From the NCBI GenBank assembly GCA_030390025.1, contig CM059432.1:44208001-44272000 (forward strand): 64,000 nucleotides of DNA, read 5' to 3'. Shown piece after piece: positions 63,801-64,000 of this stretch. Origin of the DNA: Squalus acanthias. Taxonomy: Eukaryota. Position 1 is the first letter of the stretch, and each line of letters begins with the position of its first letter. A program made the position numbers and the translations under genes. The notes below the pieces were generated by a model that had not been told where the DNA came from, did not search any database, and worked only from the letters and a program-made list of their open reading frames with translations.

Positions 63801-64000
63801 ATTCAACCCAGTGACACATGAATACTCAGCACAGTATTGAAATAACACTATTTATTTAATTAATTGTGTGTGTGAATGTTGTTGGAGCAAGTATACTGGT
63901 TGGCTGTGGAGTTTCATTCTCAACCGGCTGGGAATCTGGTGGTGTGTATTGCAGTGGACCCTTGCAACACTGGTTGGAAATTGGTTGGGAGGTAGGAGAC

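Overview
Repeat-dense eukaryotic DNA, almost certainly from a shark or other cartilaginous fish (CR1/HER1-type LINEs, HE1/V-SINEs, a Deu-domain SINE, L2 LINEs). One host gene runs on the + strand: a C8orf88 orthologue with four phase-consistent coding exons (8383-8464, 20586-20659, 42438-42573, 52639-52751) and a probable last exon at 53528. It encodes about 139 aa with a canonical eIF4E-binding motif (YSREFLM). The introns hold nested CR1, L2, SINE and many PIF/Harbinger-type elements (HARBI1-like transposase plus Myb/SANT-like partner; most scorable target duplications are AAT/ATT). The main find is a young, near-intact 4.44-kb Ty3/Gypsy retrotransposon (54933-59372) with a Mag-like double-CCHC Gag, GGTCG target duplication and 194/193-bp LTRs. 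It has no tRNA primer-binding site. Instead, the 11 nt after its 5' LTR are exactly complementary to an 11-mer inside the LTR that sits at a predicted initiator and contains the poly(A) signal. This is a Tf1-like self-priming layout in an element with no recognisable chromodomain, and its RT motif reads YLDN. Family and gene assignments come from recognising sequence by eye, not from database searches. Boundaries of old repeats are approximate.
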